From: an uncultured Gemmatimonadota bacterium
GTDB lineage: Bacteria > GCA-2686955
Reading direction: 5' to 3'
Length of the DNA: 64,000 nt
Assembly (NCBI GenBank): GCA_964490075.1
Contig: CAZBBK010000027.1
Location: forward strand, 1-64,000
The translations under genes were made by a program, and so were the position numbers. Positions 34,101 through 42,976 of this stretch are shown here, in pieces. Below the pieces are notes generated by a model. It had not been told where the DNA came from, did no database searches, and saw nothing but the letters and a program-made list of their open reading frames with translations. Each line of letters opens with the position of its first letter. The first letter of the stretch is position 1.

Positions 34101-34459
34101 GCGGGGCTGCTCTGCGGAAGGCGCTGGACATGCCCACCCCCTCTCCGCCGGACTCCGGCAACCGCGAAGTGCTGCCCGCCTGCCTGGCCGCCGCCCGGGG
34201 CCTCGCGCGACTGGGCAAGCTCGAGCGGCGCAGTCCCTTCCTCAAGAACCTGCTGCGCTGGTCGCCGATCTCACGCCTGGCCAACGCCTGCGGATCGGCC
34301 GCGGCCGGGGAGCTCTGCCTGCAAGAGGGCAACCAGGTGATGGCCTTGCGCCGCTTCACCCGCGCCGAGGAGCTCTTCGGTCTGCTCGGCTGGAAGCCCG
34401 AGGTGGCGCGCTGTGCGCGGCGGATCGCGGAGCTGCGCGGGGCTCGGGGTTCGGGCTAA
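31151..34459 (+). CDS. Ser/Thr protein kinase fused to a degenerate P-loop domain and helical-repeat region
   Basis: VVIK, HLDLTPANILV, IDLG, GTRGHIAPE, DLYQVG; GPPGSGQS Walker-A-like; LVVLADD. Start uncertain. Confidence 0.75.
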   Translation: MRSPRRDAAAKETHPVYPRFSAKAPIPHSRGVWQALDGITRRPVVIKTARDESDQARTDLLREYRVACDVGGGGVVRAIDLPEALPALPGGPFLVLEQAPGNPWPRGPIESPRAARLLIGLLDALIRMHEHGWLHLDLTPANILVDGDEVTLIDLGHARRPAAAAALCFVHGTRGHIAPEISRQIDGASVAGDRIAATADLYQVGLLAVRLLSGEEPPAVEQPPPSWWREGVERVLAQHQGDVERWSWWIESMLAPLPMHRYDSARLARLRLGSWLGLRVGAEPRGDPSIGSSMHPTFPRLLRTTSRGCRSGRHLIRLNGPPGSGQSWLLHRLARALRCRRSVACRLAWTSAGHQAPLGDTGDDRSPLVVLADDPTEACWRGLLALDDLRFPVTVVFTGGPAPSRCCDREWERIELPIAPLGRRAGLRIVRPDHRRGLRSSLHGGHPGLLLARHRDERVTLAARVADWLEARADDRGALRSTAARAILSPMARWPERRPPEAEWRAIGRLSVDVARELASRIPRRDLTTIEAAETWRSNAALDRGRAADHLAIEAHAELGDPSIARRRLWRAIARRRREGAEIAERHLIRLGVDLGLLPRVWGLRMSRLAEDPAAPQSYRPDAELALDALPAWSRSASLLHARIARSITSAGDRREGRERARLLCRMARSCGDSEREAMVRIKSWPWTITTGGDLSPYWEELREIEELVPDGESPIARTWIAMGHILLRIRELYSAHHSESEPREQEILDLRRLTLEAHKTHRTERSVKSAATSGTLLLALQVLLERHSDSAFITRFLSRFARRPAGVEPDAACLINELNWSDGLNTRSVAELVRRNEPHARRLEALRRFSAAADLSIALGCAALSNGQSKRALAYLARGLASAPRSSHELAFNNQIIAAADCGEPVIAREAHRRMQLLRPAGTGNETTKWEDLWAELLCLSAEKRHSELDQKLDETTRHHSLIHPDDQWLIWRLRIDCRLAEGGAALRKALDMPTPSPPDSGNREVLPACLAAARGLARLGKLERRSPFLKNLLRWSPISRLANACGSAAAGELCLQEGNQVMALRRFTRAEELFGLLGWKPEVARCARRIAELRGARGSG

Positions 34460-34588
34460 GTGCCGGCATCTGGCGCCGGAGCCGGCCTCACCGGCCCCAA
34501 CGCGAAGCGCCACCCCGGGGCGGCGATCCCATCGATCGCCGCCGGGGTGGCGCTTCTCATGCCGATGATGAGAAGCGATCCCTCCGGA

Positions 34589-36580
34589 TCACTGCTCGTC
34601 GAACGCTCCCCTTGTCGCGACCACCACGCCCACGTCGGATTGACGCAGACCGTTCACTCGCGTGCCCTCGACGTCGGTCATCCCGACCATGTAGCCGTTG
34701 TTGGAGATCTGCGCGATCAACCCACCGTTCGAGTCCATGAAGCCGATCAGGCCGCCGTTGCCGTTGAGCTGACCGATGAACCCGCCGTTGCCGTTCAGGA
34801 AGCCGACCAGCCCACCGTTGTCGCTGATGAACTGAATCAGCCCACCGTCCTGCGTCAGCAGCTCCTCGAGGGTCCAGCCCAAGAGCTCGTACTGGGCGAT
34901 ATCGCAGACCGACTCGAAGGTGGAATCGTCCTCCGCCTCGGCGGCAAAGTCGCGCGAATCGCATCCTGAGTCGATGAAGGCGAAGAGCCCAGTGTCGTCC
35001 TCCAGAATCAGCAGCAACCCCTCCGGAAGATCGAGCACCGCGCCGAAGAACTCCGAGGGGTAGATGATCGGAATGCCCGCGTAGTCCTCGATCTCGCCTC
35101 CCAGCGCGGTCGCGACACTGTCGCCGAGGGTCACCAGCTCGTCCAGAGATGCGTACGGATCGATGAGACCGTAGCCGGTTTCCGGGTTCCAGCAGCTGGT
35201 GCGGTCGGCCCAGGTGTTGTCGTCCACATCCCAGGCCGATCCGGTGGCGCAATCGGCACCGCTGCCGTCGATGTAGCGACATCCCGCGGCGACCAGCGAC
35301 GCAATCGTATCGTTGTCGTTGATGCCGTGGGACTTCAGCAGCGCGGCCAGTGCCGCCACCTGGGGTGCCGCCTGGCTGGTACCGACCCCGTACCAGTAGC
35401 CGAGCGACCGAAAGGGATCCTCGGGATCGAAGCTGAGCGACAGGATGCCGTCGACATCGCCGTCACCGTCCTCGTCCTCGGGCATCCCGCCCGGCGCCAT
35501 GACATCGAGTCCGGCGCCGAAGTTCGAATAGTCGGCGCGTTGCTGGAACTTGTCCAGAGCGCCCACCGCGATCACTTCGTTGTAGGCCGCCGGATAGGCA
35601 ACCACGCCAACACCGTCGTTGCCAGTGGAGGCGACCAGCACCACGCCGGCCGCGTGCGCCTCCTGGATCTTGTCGAGCAGCGTCTGCCCCGGATCGAAGC
35701 CCGGAGGAAACGACAGACTCATGTTGACGACGTCCGCGCCCTTCTGAATCGCCCAGTCGAGCCCTGCGAGCAGTGCGTCGAGCGATCCGATGCCCTCGGC
35801 GTCGAGGACCCGGACCGGCATCAGAGTGGTCTCGGGCGCCATGCCGGCGAGGCCGAAGTAGTTGTTGGAGCGCACGCCGATGATGCCGGCGGTGTGCGTG
35901 CCGTGACCGTTCAGATCGTCGGGCGTGTCATCGTTGTCGACGAAGTCCCAGGGATCGGCGATCGGGTTTTGGAAGGCCAGCCAGGTCCACAGGCCCCAAC
36001 GGATGCCGGTGTCGAGGACCGCGATCTTGACCTCTTCCTGCCCCCACTCGATCGCCCAGGCACCCTCCAGATCGGTTTCGAAGAAGTGCCACTGCTCGGG
36101 GTATTTCCAATCGTTGGGAGTGAAGCCCTTGCTGTGCATGACGGCGTTGGGCTCGGCGAAGCGCACGCGGCCGTCGGCGCGAATGGCGGCGATCGCGTTC
36201 TGCACCCGGTCGAGGTCGGCGCGATAGGCGAAGCCCCGCTGTCGCAGGCTGGCCGCCAAGGTACCGGCCGGCGGAACCTCGATCAGGTAGGTGCTGGAAT
36301 CGATCACCCGCCGCACCCGCAATCCGAAGGCGGACGCCAAGTCGGCGGCCTGCCTGCGATCGATGCCGGGCTCCAGCTTGACCACCACCTGGCCGTCGAC
36401 AATGGGAATCGACACGCCGCTGCGCTGGTCGCGGATCTTTGACAGGTCGAAGGCGTTCGCGGGCGCGGTTGCGCTCAGCGACACGAGCAGCGCGGCGGCG
36501 ATCGAAGTCGCGGCCAGACGCCTCCACTTTCGGTAGGGGAAGGGGACCGAGGGTTGTCTCTTCATCGACATGCTCCGCAT
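34589..36580 (-). CDS. Secreted S8 (subtilisin-like) serine peptidase with C-terminal decapeptide repeats
   Basis: AVLDTG, GHGTHTAG, STGND, GTSQAAP triad; propeptide VRFAEPN; signal peptide. Confidence 0.92.
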   Translation of the reverse strand: MRSMSMKRQPSVPFPYRKWRRLAATSIAAALLVSLSATAPANAFDLSKIRDQRSGVSIPIVDGQVVVKLEPGIDRRQAADLASAFGLRVRRVIDSSTYLIEVPPAGTLAASLRQRGFAYRADLDRVQNAIAAIRADGRVRFAEPNAVMHSKGFTPNDWKYPEQWHFFETDLEGAWAIEWGQEEVKIAVLDTGIRWGLWTWLAFQNPIADPWDFVDNDDTPDDLNGHGTHTAGIIGVRSNNYFGLAGMAPETTLMPVRVLDAEGIGSLDALLAGLDWAIQKGADVVNMSLSFPPGFDPGQTLLDKIQEAHAAGVVLVASTGNDGVGVVAYPAAYNEVIAVGALDKFQQRADYSNFGAGLDVMAPGGMPEDEDGDGDVDGILSLSFDPEDPFRSLGYWYGVGTSQAAPQVAALAALLKSHGINDNDTIASLVAAGCRYIDGSGADCATGSAWDVDDNTWADRTSCWNPETGYGLIDPYASLDELVTLGDSVATALGGEIEDYAGIPIIYPSEFFGAVLDLPEGLLLILEDDTGLFAFIDSGCDSRDFAAEAEDDSTFESVCDIAQYELLGWTLEELLTQDGGLIQFISDNGGLVGFLNGNGGFIGQLNGNGGLIGFMDSNGGLIAQISNNGYMVGMTDVEGTRVNGLRQSDVGVVVATRGAFDEQ
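34670..34850 (-). repeat. Six 30-nt (10-aa) tandem repeats
   Basis: DGGLIQFISD/NGGLVGFLNG/NGGFIGQLNG/NGGLIGFMDS/NGGLIAQISN/NGYMVGMTDV. Confidence 0.9.
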
Positions 36581-36620
36581 GAGTTGTGGCTACCTATGGA
36601 GCGAAGTGCGAGAGCTTCGA

Positions 36621-36636
36621 TGCAGGAGTCGTGCCG
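36621..36636 (-). promoter_or_regulatory. Candidate sigma-54 promoter for the S8 peptidase
   Basis: Minus strand CGGCACGACTCCTGCA = GG-N10-GC with GGCACG, 40 nt upstream of ATG 36580. Confidence 0.45.
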
Positions 36637-36917
36637 CTCTGGGTGTGGCGTTTTGCAATGTCGCAACAGATTGCGGATCAAGCACTTGAGCTGCGGGGAG
36701 CGGGGACTTGCAGAATGCAAAGGCGGCAAAGGGCCGCTCCTGCTCCACGGCTGAACAGCGCTGCTCAGAATCTGCGCGCGAGGACCTTTCGCCGCCGCGT
36801 TCGATCGCCAATGATGTCGTAGGCCGACGGTTGCAGCGCGCCGCGCGCCGATTCCGGCCGATCGCGGCCCCGCGCGCCGGCCCGACGCGCTAGTCTGGCC
36901 GGCGAGGAACCAGCTAG

Positions 36918-38363
36918 ATGAAAATCGTTTTCCTGCAAGATGACGGCATCAACGAGTCCCTGGCGTTGACCGAGGCGTCGGCCTGCCTGAGTCGAGCGGG
37001 GCACCAGACCCACCTCCTGATCGAGCGCAACGAGCGGCGCTTCTACCCGGCCCTGGCCGATCAGAAGCCCGACGCAGTGATCATCCCCGCCGACTTGGGC
37101 GGCGAGGACTGGGCCCTGGGGGCGGCGGAGCGGGCTCGGAAAGCGACCGGGCTGGAGCCCGTGCTCTGTGGCACCGCAGCCACCTTTCGACCCGACGCGT
37201 TGCTCGGCGACGGCCGCGCCGATGTGTTGATCCGCGGCGAAGCGGAAGGACCCTTCCTGGATCTGGCCGAGAGCGGTTTGGGAGGGAACGGTGCCTTGCC
37301 CTGGGAGCAGGTCGCCAACTTCTCCTTCCGGAGAGAGGACGGATCGATTCAGCACAATCCGATGCGCGCGCTGCTGAACGATCTCGACGCCCTGCCATTG
37401 CCGGATCGGCGCCTCTACTTCCATTACCCCCATCTGAACGCGCTCTCGATGAAGCGGGTCAGCACCGGGCGCGGCTGCGCCAACCATTGCTCGTACTGTT
37501 TTAACGAGGGACTGGTGCAGCTCTACCAGGGCCGCGGCACCTACGTGCGGCGCAAGTCGGTCGACCGTGTGATCGAGGAGGTGAACGAGCTAGCGAGCAT
37601 CACACCTCTGCGCCGCGTGCACTTCGCCGACGACCTCTTCGTGCATCATCGTCGCTGGCTCGAGGAGTTCTGCGGGCGTTTCCGCGCCGAGGCCGGCTTC
37701 GAATTCAGCGTCAACATCTCACCGGAGCGCGTCGACGAGGATGCGATTCGCATGCTGGCCGAAGCCGGATGCGTGGGCATCGCGCTGGGCGTGGAGAGTG
37801 GCGTGGAGTCGCGTCGCGAGAAGATCCTGGCCCGCAAGGTGACCGATCAGCACATCGAGAGCGCCGCAGCAGCGATCCGCGCGCGGGGAATGATGCTGAT
37901 CACCTTCAACTTCCTGGCCAGCCCGGGCGAGACCATCGCCGACGCTCTCCAGACCGTACGCATCAACCGTCGGATCGGGTCCCACTACCAACGGGTCTCC
38001 GTCGGCGACCCGATTCCCAAGACGCCCTTGACCGACCGGGCGCAGCGCGAGGGCCTGATCGAAAGGCCTCGCGTGGAAATCCGCAGCGGCGCTTTCATCC
38101 CGGCTTTTCGAGTCGATGATGCCCGCGCGTTCGCCAACCTCTTCGAGCTCTTCCGCCTGGCCACTCGTGGACCGCGCTGGGAAAGGCTGGTGCGCTGGCT
38201 GATCCGCATGCCTCCGAACCCCATCTTCCGCATGTTCCGCGTCCTGATGCCCCTGGGGGAGCGTCGCTTCTTCGGTCTGGGATGGATCGAGTCGATCCGC
38301 TACGGATTGAGCTCCGCCGGTCCCTTGCGGCGCACCAAGAACTACAACAACTACATTCCCTGA
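36918..38363 (+). CDS. Cobalamin-binding-domain radical SAM enzyme
   Basis: GRGCANHCSYC, RGEAE, FADDLF, GVESG, PGET. Confidence 0.9.
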   Translation: MKIVFLQDDGINESLALTEASACLSRAGHQTHLLIERNERRFYPALADQKPDAVIIPADLGGEDWALGAAERARKATGLEPVLCGTAATFRPDALLGDGRADVLIRGEAEGPFLDLAESGLGGNGALPWEQVANFSFRREDGSIQHNPMRALLNDLDALPLPDRRLYFHYPHLNALSMKRVSTGRGCANHCSYCFNEGLVQLYQGRGTYVRRKSVDRVIEEVNELASITPLRRVHFADDLFVHHRRWLEEFCGRFRAEAGFEFSVNISPERVDEDAIRMLAEAGCVGIALGVESGVESRREKILARKVTDQHIESAAAAIRARGMMLITFNFLASPGETIADALQTVRINRRIGSHYQRVSVGDPIPKTPLTDRAQREGLIERPRVEIRSGAFIPAFRVDDARAFANLFELFRLATRGPRWERLVRWLIRMPPNPIFRMFRVLMPLGERRFFGLGWIESIRYGLSSAGPLRRTKNYNNYIP

Positions 38364-38412
38364 GGGTCCGACGAGCGTGCGCGCCAAGGGCGGAGTCGTG
38401 GGATCCACGCCA

Positions 38413-38587
38413 CCATAATCCGCCACCTGATTCGTTACCGAGCCGTGCGAATCTTGGCCTTGGTCGAGGCGCCGCGCCGATTTGAGCGCAGGCGTAGTGG
38501 AGCTACGTTGAGCATCAAATCGGCGCGAGCAACGAAGGATGAGGCAAGAGGCGCATGGCGAATCGCGAATCAGGTGGCGGATTATGG
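38413..38587. mobile_element. 175-bp MITE-like palindromic element, family A (intact copy)
   Basis: Perfect 22-bp terminal IR CCATAATCCGCCACCTGATTCG (38413-38434 / 38566-38587); inner 13-bp IR CGCGCCGATTTGA; central CGTAG-n5-CTACG. Confidence 0.88.
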
Positions 38588-38810
38588 ACCATCGGACGGT
38601 GATTCCCGGCCGAGAATCGACTACTGTTCCGTTGATCGCGCCCGCAAAAACAGGGGCGCAGGCCAATCCGCCCCTTGCGCGGAAGCAGCGCGCAGGTATT
38701 ATGCGCCGACCTTCTCAACCCGCCTCGCATTCCAGCCCGCCGGCCACGGCGCCGCCTGGCACGCGAGTCGGGCCTCATCCACACCCCGTTCCCTCGGAGG
38801 GAGACAACCT

Positions 38811-39152
38811 GTGAGCAAGACCAAGACCACTGCGATCCAGGAGCGCTACAGCAAGACTCAGATGGTCGGCGAGATCGCCGAGAACACCGGCCTCAACCGC
38901 AAAGAGGTCGGAGCGGTGCTCGACGAGCTGAGCATTCTGATCCAGCGTCACATGAAGAAGCGTTCCGTGGGCGAGTTCGTGCTTCCCGGTCTCTTGAAGA
39001 TCGTGAAGGTGAAGAAGCCGGCCCGCAAGGCGCGCAAGAACGTCCCCAATCCTTTCAAGCCCGGGGAGGTGATGGACGTCGCCGCCAAGCCGGCCTCGAC
39101 CGCCGTCAAGATCCGCCCGCTCAAGGCGCTCAAGGACTTCGCGGCGACCTGA
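38811..39152 (+). CDS. HU-family DNA-binding protein
   Basis: KTQMVGEIAENTGL, FVLPGLLKI, ARK..NPF..GE, KPAS..VKIRPLKALKD; GGAGG RBS, GTG start. Confidence 0.9.
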   Translation: MSKTKTTAIQERYSKTQMVGEIAENTGLNRKEVGAVLDELSILIQRHMKKRSVGEFVLPGLLKIVKVKKPARKARKNVPNPFKPGEVMDVAAKPASTAVKIRPLKALKDFAAT

Positions 39153-39371
39153 CCCACGAGACCGCAAGGCTTCGCCGCCCCCCCGGCGCGGCCGCTCGCT
39201 CCGAATTCGACCGTTCGGCCCTAGGTCCCCATCCGCCCGCCTCCGCTTCGATCTGATCGGCCAGCTGGGACTGGCGGGACAGGGGATCGAGGGCACGAGC
39301 GGCGATTCGGGCGAGGTCTGATGGCCACCCGGCTCGGCAATCCCGCAACCGGGCGAAAGTCTACCCTTCCA

Positions 39372-39605
39372 ATGCTCGATCCAGAATTCGTCTCGATGCT
39401 CGCCTGCCCGGAAGACAAGGGCCCGCTGCTCTACTTCGCCAAGGATGCGTTTCTCTACAACCCGCGTCTCAAGCGTCGCTACGAGATCCAGGAAGACGTG
39501 CCGGTCATGCTGGTGGACGAGTCGACCACCGTGCCCGACGCGGAGCACGAGAGGATCATGGCGCGCGCCGCGGAGCAGGGAATTGAGCCCAACTTCGAGG
39601 AGTAG
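39372..39605 (+). CDS. Trm112/YcaR-family protein
   Basis: LACPEDKGPL..RYEIQEDVPVMLVDE. Confidence 0.88.
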   Translation: MLDPEFVSMLACPEDKGPLLYFAKDAFLYNPRLKRRYEIQEDVPVMLVDESTTVPDAEHERIMARAAEQGIEPNFEE

Positions 39606-39673
39606 TCGGCCCCTCTGAAGGGCGCCCCGCCCGCCACGTCGCGTGCCTGTCCAGAGGATTGGGCGGCGTGAGC

Positions 39674-41791
39674 TCAGGCTTCGCCCGCCGGCCCGCGCCC
39701 GCGCCCTCGTATGCGCTCCGACCGACCGGAAACGTCTCCACGACGCGTCACCAATGAGCGCCTTCCGCGCCGTGAAACACCACCGCGGGCCGCACCGACC
39801 CTTCCCGCGCCGCGCCCCGCCGACGTGCGGCGAAAGCGCGCCTCGATGCTGCGCGGGGCGATCACGAAGAGCTCGGGAGGGATCTCGTCCAGGTAGCGGG
39901 ACAGCTGGGTCGGGCGCGACCTGCCCATGCGCGAACGAATCGCCGCCGCGCTGAGTAGCAACGATTCCTTCGCCCTGGTGATGCCCACGTAGAGCAGCCG
40001 CCGCTCCTCGTCCTCCGCCGCGGCCCCTTCTTCCAGCGCGCGCCAGCTCGGCAGCAACCCTTCCTCGAATCCGACCAGCACCACGTGCGGAAACTCCAAC
40101 CCCTTGGCCGAGTGCAGGGTCATGAGGGTGACGCCGGCGTCCTTGGAGCGGCCCCTCTCGGAGTCGGTCAGCAACGAAATCCGCTCCAGAAAGTCCGCCA
40201 GCGAAGGCGACTGCTTTCCGGATTCGAACTCGGCCAGCGCGGCGATCAGCTCCTGGGTGTTCTCGAGCCGTGCATGCGCCTCTTCCTCGCTCTTGGCCAA
40301 CGCCCGCAGCGCCGACTCGAACCCGATCTCGGAGATCAGAGCGCGCGCCGACCGAGCCAGCCCCGCGCCGCTGTCGAGCAGCATCCGATAGCGCTGGAGC
40401 AGATCGCGGAACTCCCGCACCCGGGCCCGCGCCGCGCCGCGGATCGAGGGCTCCTGCTCCGCCCGCGCCAGAGCCTGATCGAGCGACAGTCGGTGGCGCC
40501 GGCTCAGCTCGTCTATCGCCGCGACCACTTTCGGGCCGATGCCCCGCCGCGGCACGTTGACGATTCGCTCGAAGCTCACGCGGTCGTCGGGATTGCACAG
40601 CAGACGCAGATAGGCCAGAAGATCCCGCACTTCGCGCCGATCGTAGAACCCGTGTCCACCGACCAGCCGGTAAGGAATCGTCCGAGATCGCAACACATCT
40701 TCGAAGGCCCGCGACAGATGATTGGCGCGGTAGAGCAGCGCCATGTCGCTCCAGGGCACGCCCGCGCGCCTGCGTCTCTCGAGCCGGGCAACGACCCGCT
40801 GAGCCTCTTCGAGCGCCGTCGGCGCCAGGATGAAGTCGAGCTTCTCGCCGCCGACGATCTCGGCACGCAACAGCTTCGGCGCCCGGTCGCGATTGTGTGT
40901 GATCAGCGCGTTGGCCGCCGAGAGGATGATCGCGGTCGATCGGTAGTTCCGCTCCAGCTTCACTTCCGTGGCGTCGCTCCAGTCGGCGCGGAAGTCGAGG
41001 ATGTTGCGCACGTCGGCACCGCGCCAAGCGTAGATTGCCTGGTCGTCGTCCCCCACCACGCAGAGATTGCGGCCGTGCTCGGTCAGGGCGCGAACGATCT
41101 GGTACTGTACCCGATTGGTGTCTTGATACTCGTCCACCAGCACGTGCTGGTAGCGCCTTTGCAGCCTCCTGCCACATTCGTCGTCTCTGACCAGCAGCTG
41201 CAAGCAGAGCAGCAGAAGATCGTCGAGGTCGACCGCGTTGCGCCTCCGCAGGTGTTGCTGGTAGCAGGTGTAGACCGCCGCTACGCGCTGAGCGTGCGAA
41301 TCAGCCGCCTCCGCCCGGGCCCGCGCCGGGTGAACGCCCAGGCCTTTTAGCCGACCGATGGCGCCCAGCAGGAGCGGAATCGCCGCGGGGTCGCCGGCGC
41401 CACCCTCGAGCTCCACCGTGGCCGCGCGCAGGACCGTTAGCTGATCGTCGCGGTCGTAGATGCTGAAATGCCGGTCCAGGCCCAGGAGCGACGCATGCTC
41501 GCGGATGATCCGCGCACCCAGCGCGTGGAAGGTGGAAATCGTCGCGCTCTCGACCGCGGACCCGGCCAGCTCTCTGGTCCGAGTGCGCATCTCGCGGGCC
41601 GCCTTGTTGGTAAAGGTGACTGCCAGAATCCTGTTCGGCGCCACGCGCAGGTCGCGAATCAGGTGCGCGATCCGCGCGGTGATCACGCGGGTCTTGCCGC
41701 TGCCCGCTCCGGCCAACACCAGCAGCGGACCCTCCGGGTGGGTGACCGCGCGGCGTTGCTCCGGGTTGAGGGCGAGACCGGCGACGGTCAA
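39674..41791 (-). CDS. uvrD: UvrD/PcrA/Rep DNA helicase
   Basis: AGAGSGKT, TFTNKAA, VDEYQDTN, VGDDDQAIY, NYRST, TLHSAKGLEF, YVGITRA. Confidence 0.95.
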   Translation of the reverse strand: MTVAGLALNPEQRRAVTHPEGPLLVLAGAGSGKTRVITARIAHLIRDLRVAPNRILAVTFTNKAAREMRTRTRELAGSAVESATISTFHALGARIIREHASLLGLDRHFSIYDRDDQLTVLRAATVELEGGAGDPAAIPLLLGAIGRLKGLGVHPARARAEAADSHAQRVAAVYTCYQQHLRRRNAVDLDDLLLLCLQLLVRDDECGRRLQRRYQHVLVDEYQDTNRVQYQIVRALTEHGRNLCVVGDDDQAIYAWRGADVRNILDFRADWSDATEVKLERNYRSTAIILSAANALITHNRDRAPKLLRAEIVGGEKLDFILAPTALEEAQRVVARLERRRRAGVPWSDMALLYRANHLSRAFEDVLRSRTIPYRLVGGHGFYDRREVRDLLAYLRLLCNPDDRVSFERIVNVPRRGIGPKVVAAIDELSRRHRLSLDQALARAEQEPSIRGAARARVREFRDLLQRYRMLLDSGAGLARSARALISEIGFESALRALAKSEEEAHARLENTQELIAALAEFESGKQSPSLADFLERISLLTDSERGRSKDAGVTLMTLHSAKGLEFPHVVLVGFEEGLLPSWRALEEGAAAEDEERRLLYVGITRAKESLLLSAAAIRSRMGRSRPTQLSRYLDEIPPELFVIAPRSIEARFRRTSAGRGAGRVGAARGGVSRRGRRSLVTRRGDVSGRSERIRGRGRGPAGEA

Positions 41792-42816
41792 CGCTTGCCC
41801 GCGACGAACTCTTCGTAGTCCTTGACGTTGTGGGCGCAGCCGATAATCAGCGGAACCCGCTGGTGCAGATCGGTCGGGTCGATTTCCATGACCCGCTCAC
41901 GGCCGGTCGACGCCGCCCCACCCGCCTGCTCGGCGATGAAGGCCAGCGGATTGGCCTCGTAGAGCAGGCGCAGCTTCCCGCGCGGTTGCTTCGGGCTTTT
42001 GGTGTCTTCGGGATAGAGGAAGATGCCGCCATAGAGCAGGTTGCGATGGAAATCCGACACCAGGGAGCCGATGTAGCGCGACGAGTAGGGCCGCTTGCTC
42101 TCCTTGTCGATCGACTTGACCCAGTCGATGTAGCGACGGGTGTGATCGTGCCAGAAATGGTAGTTCTGCTCGTTGACCGAGTAGATCTTGCCCCGCGTCG
42201 GCATCTGGATGTTGCGGTGCGAGAGCAAGAACTCGCCGACCGAAGGATCGAGCGTGAAGCCGTTGACGCCGCCGCCCGCGGTGTAGACGAAGATGCTGGA
42301 GGATCCGTAGAGGATGTAGCCGGAGGCGACCTGCTCGGTTCCCGGCCGCAGCACGTCGGCGGAGATCCCGGGGCCTTCCTCGTCTTCGCGACGAAAAATC
42401 GAGAAGATCGTACCGATCGAGACGTTGGCGTCGATGTTGGAGGAACCGTCGAGCGGATCGAAGCACACCGCGTATTTGCCGGCGACCAGATCGTCGTCGA
42501 CCGGGATCACGTCGGCCACCTCTTCGGAGGCCATCACGCACACTCGTTGCGACCTGCTCAGCACGCGAATCATGACGTTGTTGGCCCAGTCGTCGAGCTT
42601 CTGCACCTCCTCGCCCTGGACGTTCGACTCGCCGGTCAGGCCGAGCAGTTGGGTGAGCCCGGCCTTGTTGACCTCGCGGTTGATGATCTTGCCGGCCAGG
42701 GCGATGTGGTTCAGCAGGTCGGAGAACTCCCCGGTCGCGAAGGGGAAGTGCTTCTGGGTCTCCATGATGTGCCGCGTGAGCGTCATGGAGCTCAGGGTCA
42801 TGCGTGTCGGGCTCAT
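41788..42816 (-). CDS. fbp: Class I fructose-1,6-bisphosphatase
   Basis: NVQGEEVQKLD, SEE, DPLDGSSN, RYIGSLVSD, GKLRLLYE; AGGAG RBS. Confidence 0.97.
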   Translation of the reverse strand: MSPTRMTLSSMTLTRHIMETQKHFPFATGEFSDLLNHIALAGKIINREVNKAGLTQLLGLTGESNVQGEEVQKLDDWANNVMIRVLSRSQRVCVMASEEVADVIPVDDDLVAGKYAVCFDPLDGSSNIDANVSIGTIFSIFRREDEEGPGISADVLRPGTEQVASGYILYGSSSIFVYTAGGGVNGFTLDPSVGEFLLSHRNIQMPTRGKIYSVNEQNYHFWHDHTRRYIDWVKSIDKESKRPYSSRYIGSLVSDFHRNLLYGGIFLYPEDTKSPKQPRGKLRLLYEANPLAFIAEQAGGAASTGRERVMEIDPTDLHQRVPLIIGCAHNVKDYEEFVAGKR

Positions 42817-42976
42817 GGCTTCTCCTGAGGTTTCGCGAGCGAATGCGGATCGACACTCCCATTGTGGCCCAAGAAAGAGACGCCGCGCAATCGCTCCCGG
42901 TCCTGATCGCGAGCTTATCCTCGTCGGCGTAGGCGCCCCGAACAGCTCCCCGCGACATGCCCCGGAGAGAGCTCCG

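Noticed and set aside
34670-34850. CRISPR-like 30-nt periodicity
   Set aside because: In-frame coding repeats with no unique spacers and no cas genes.
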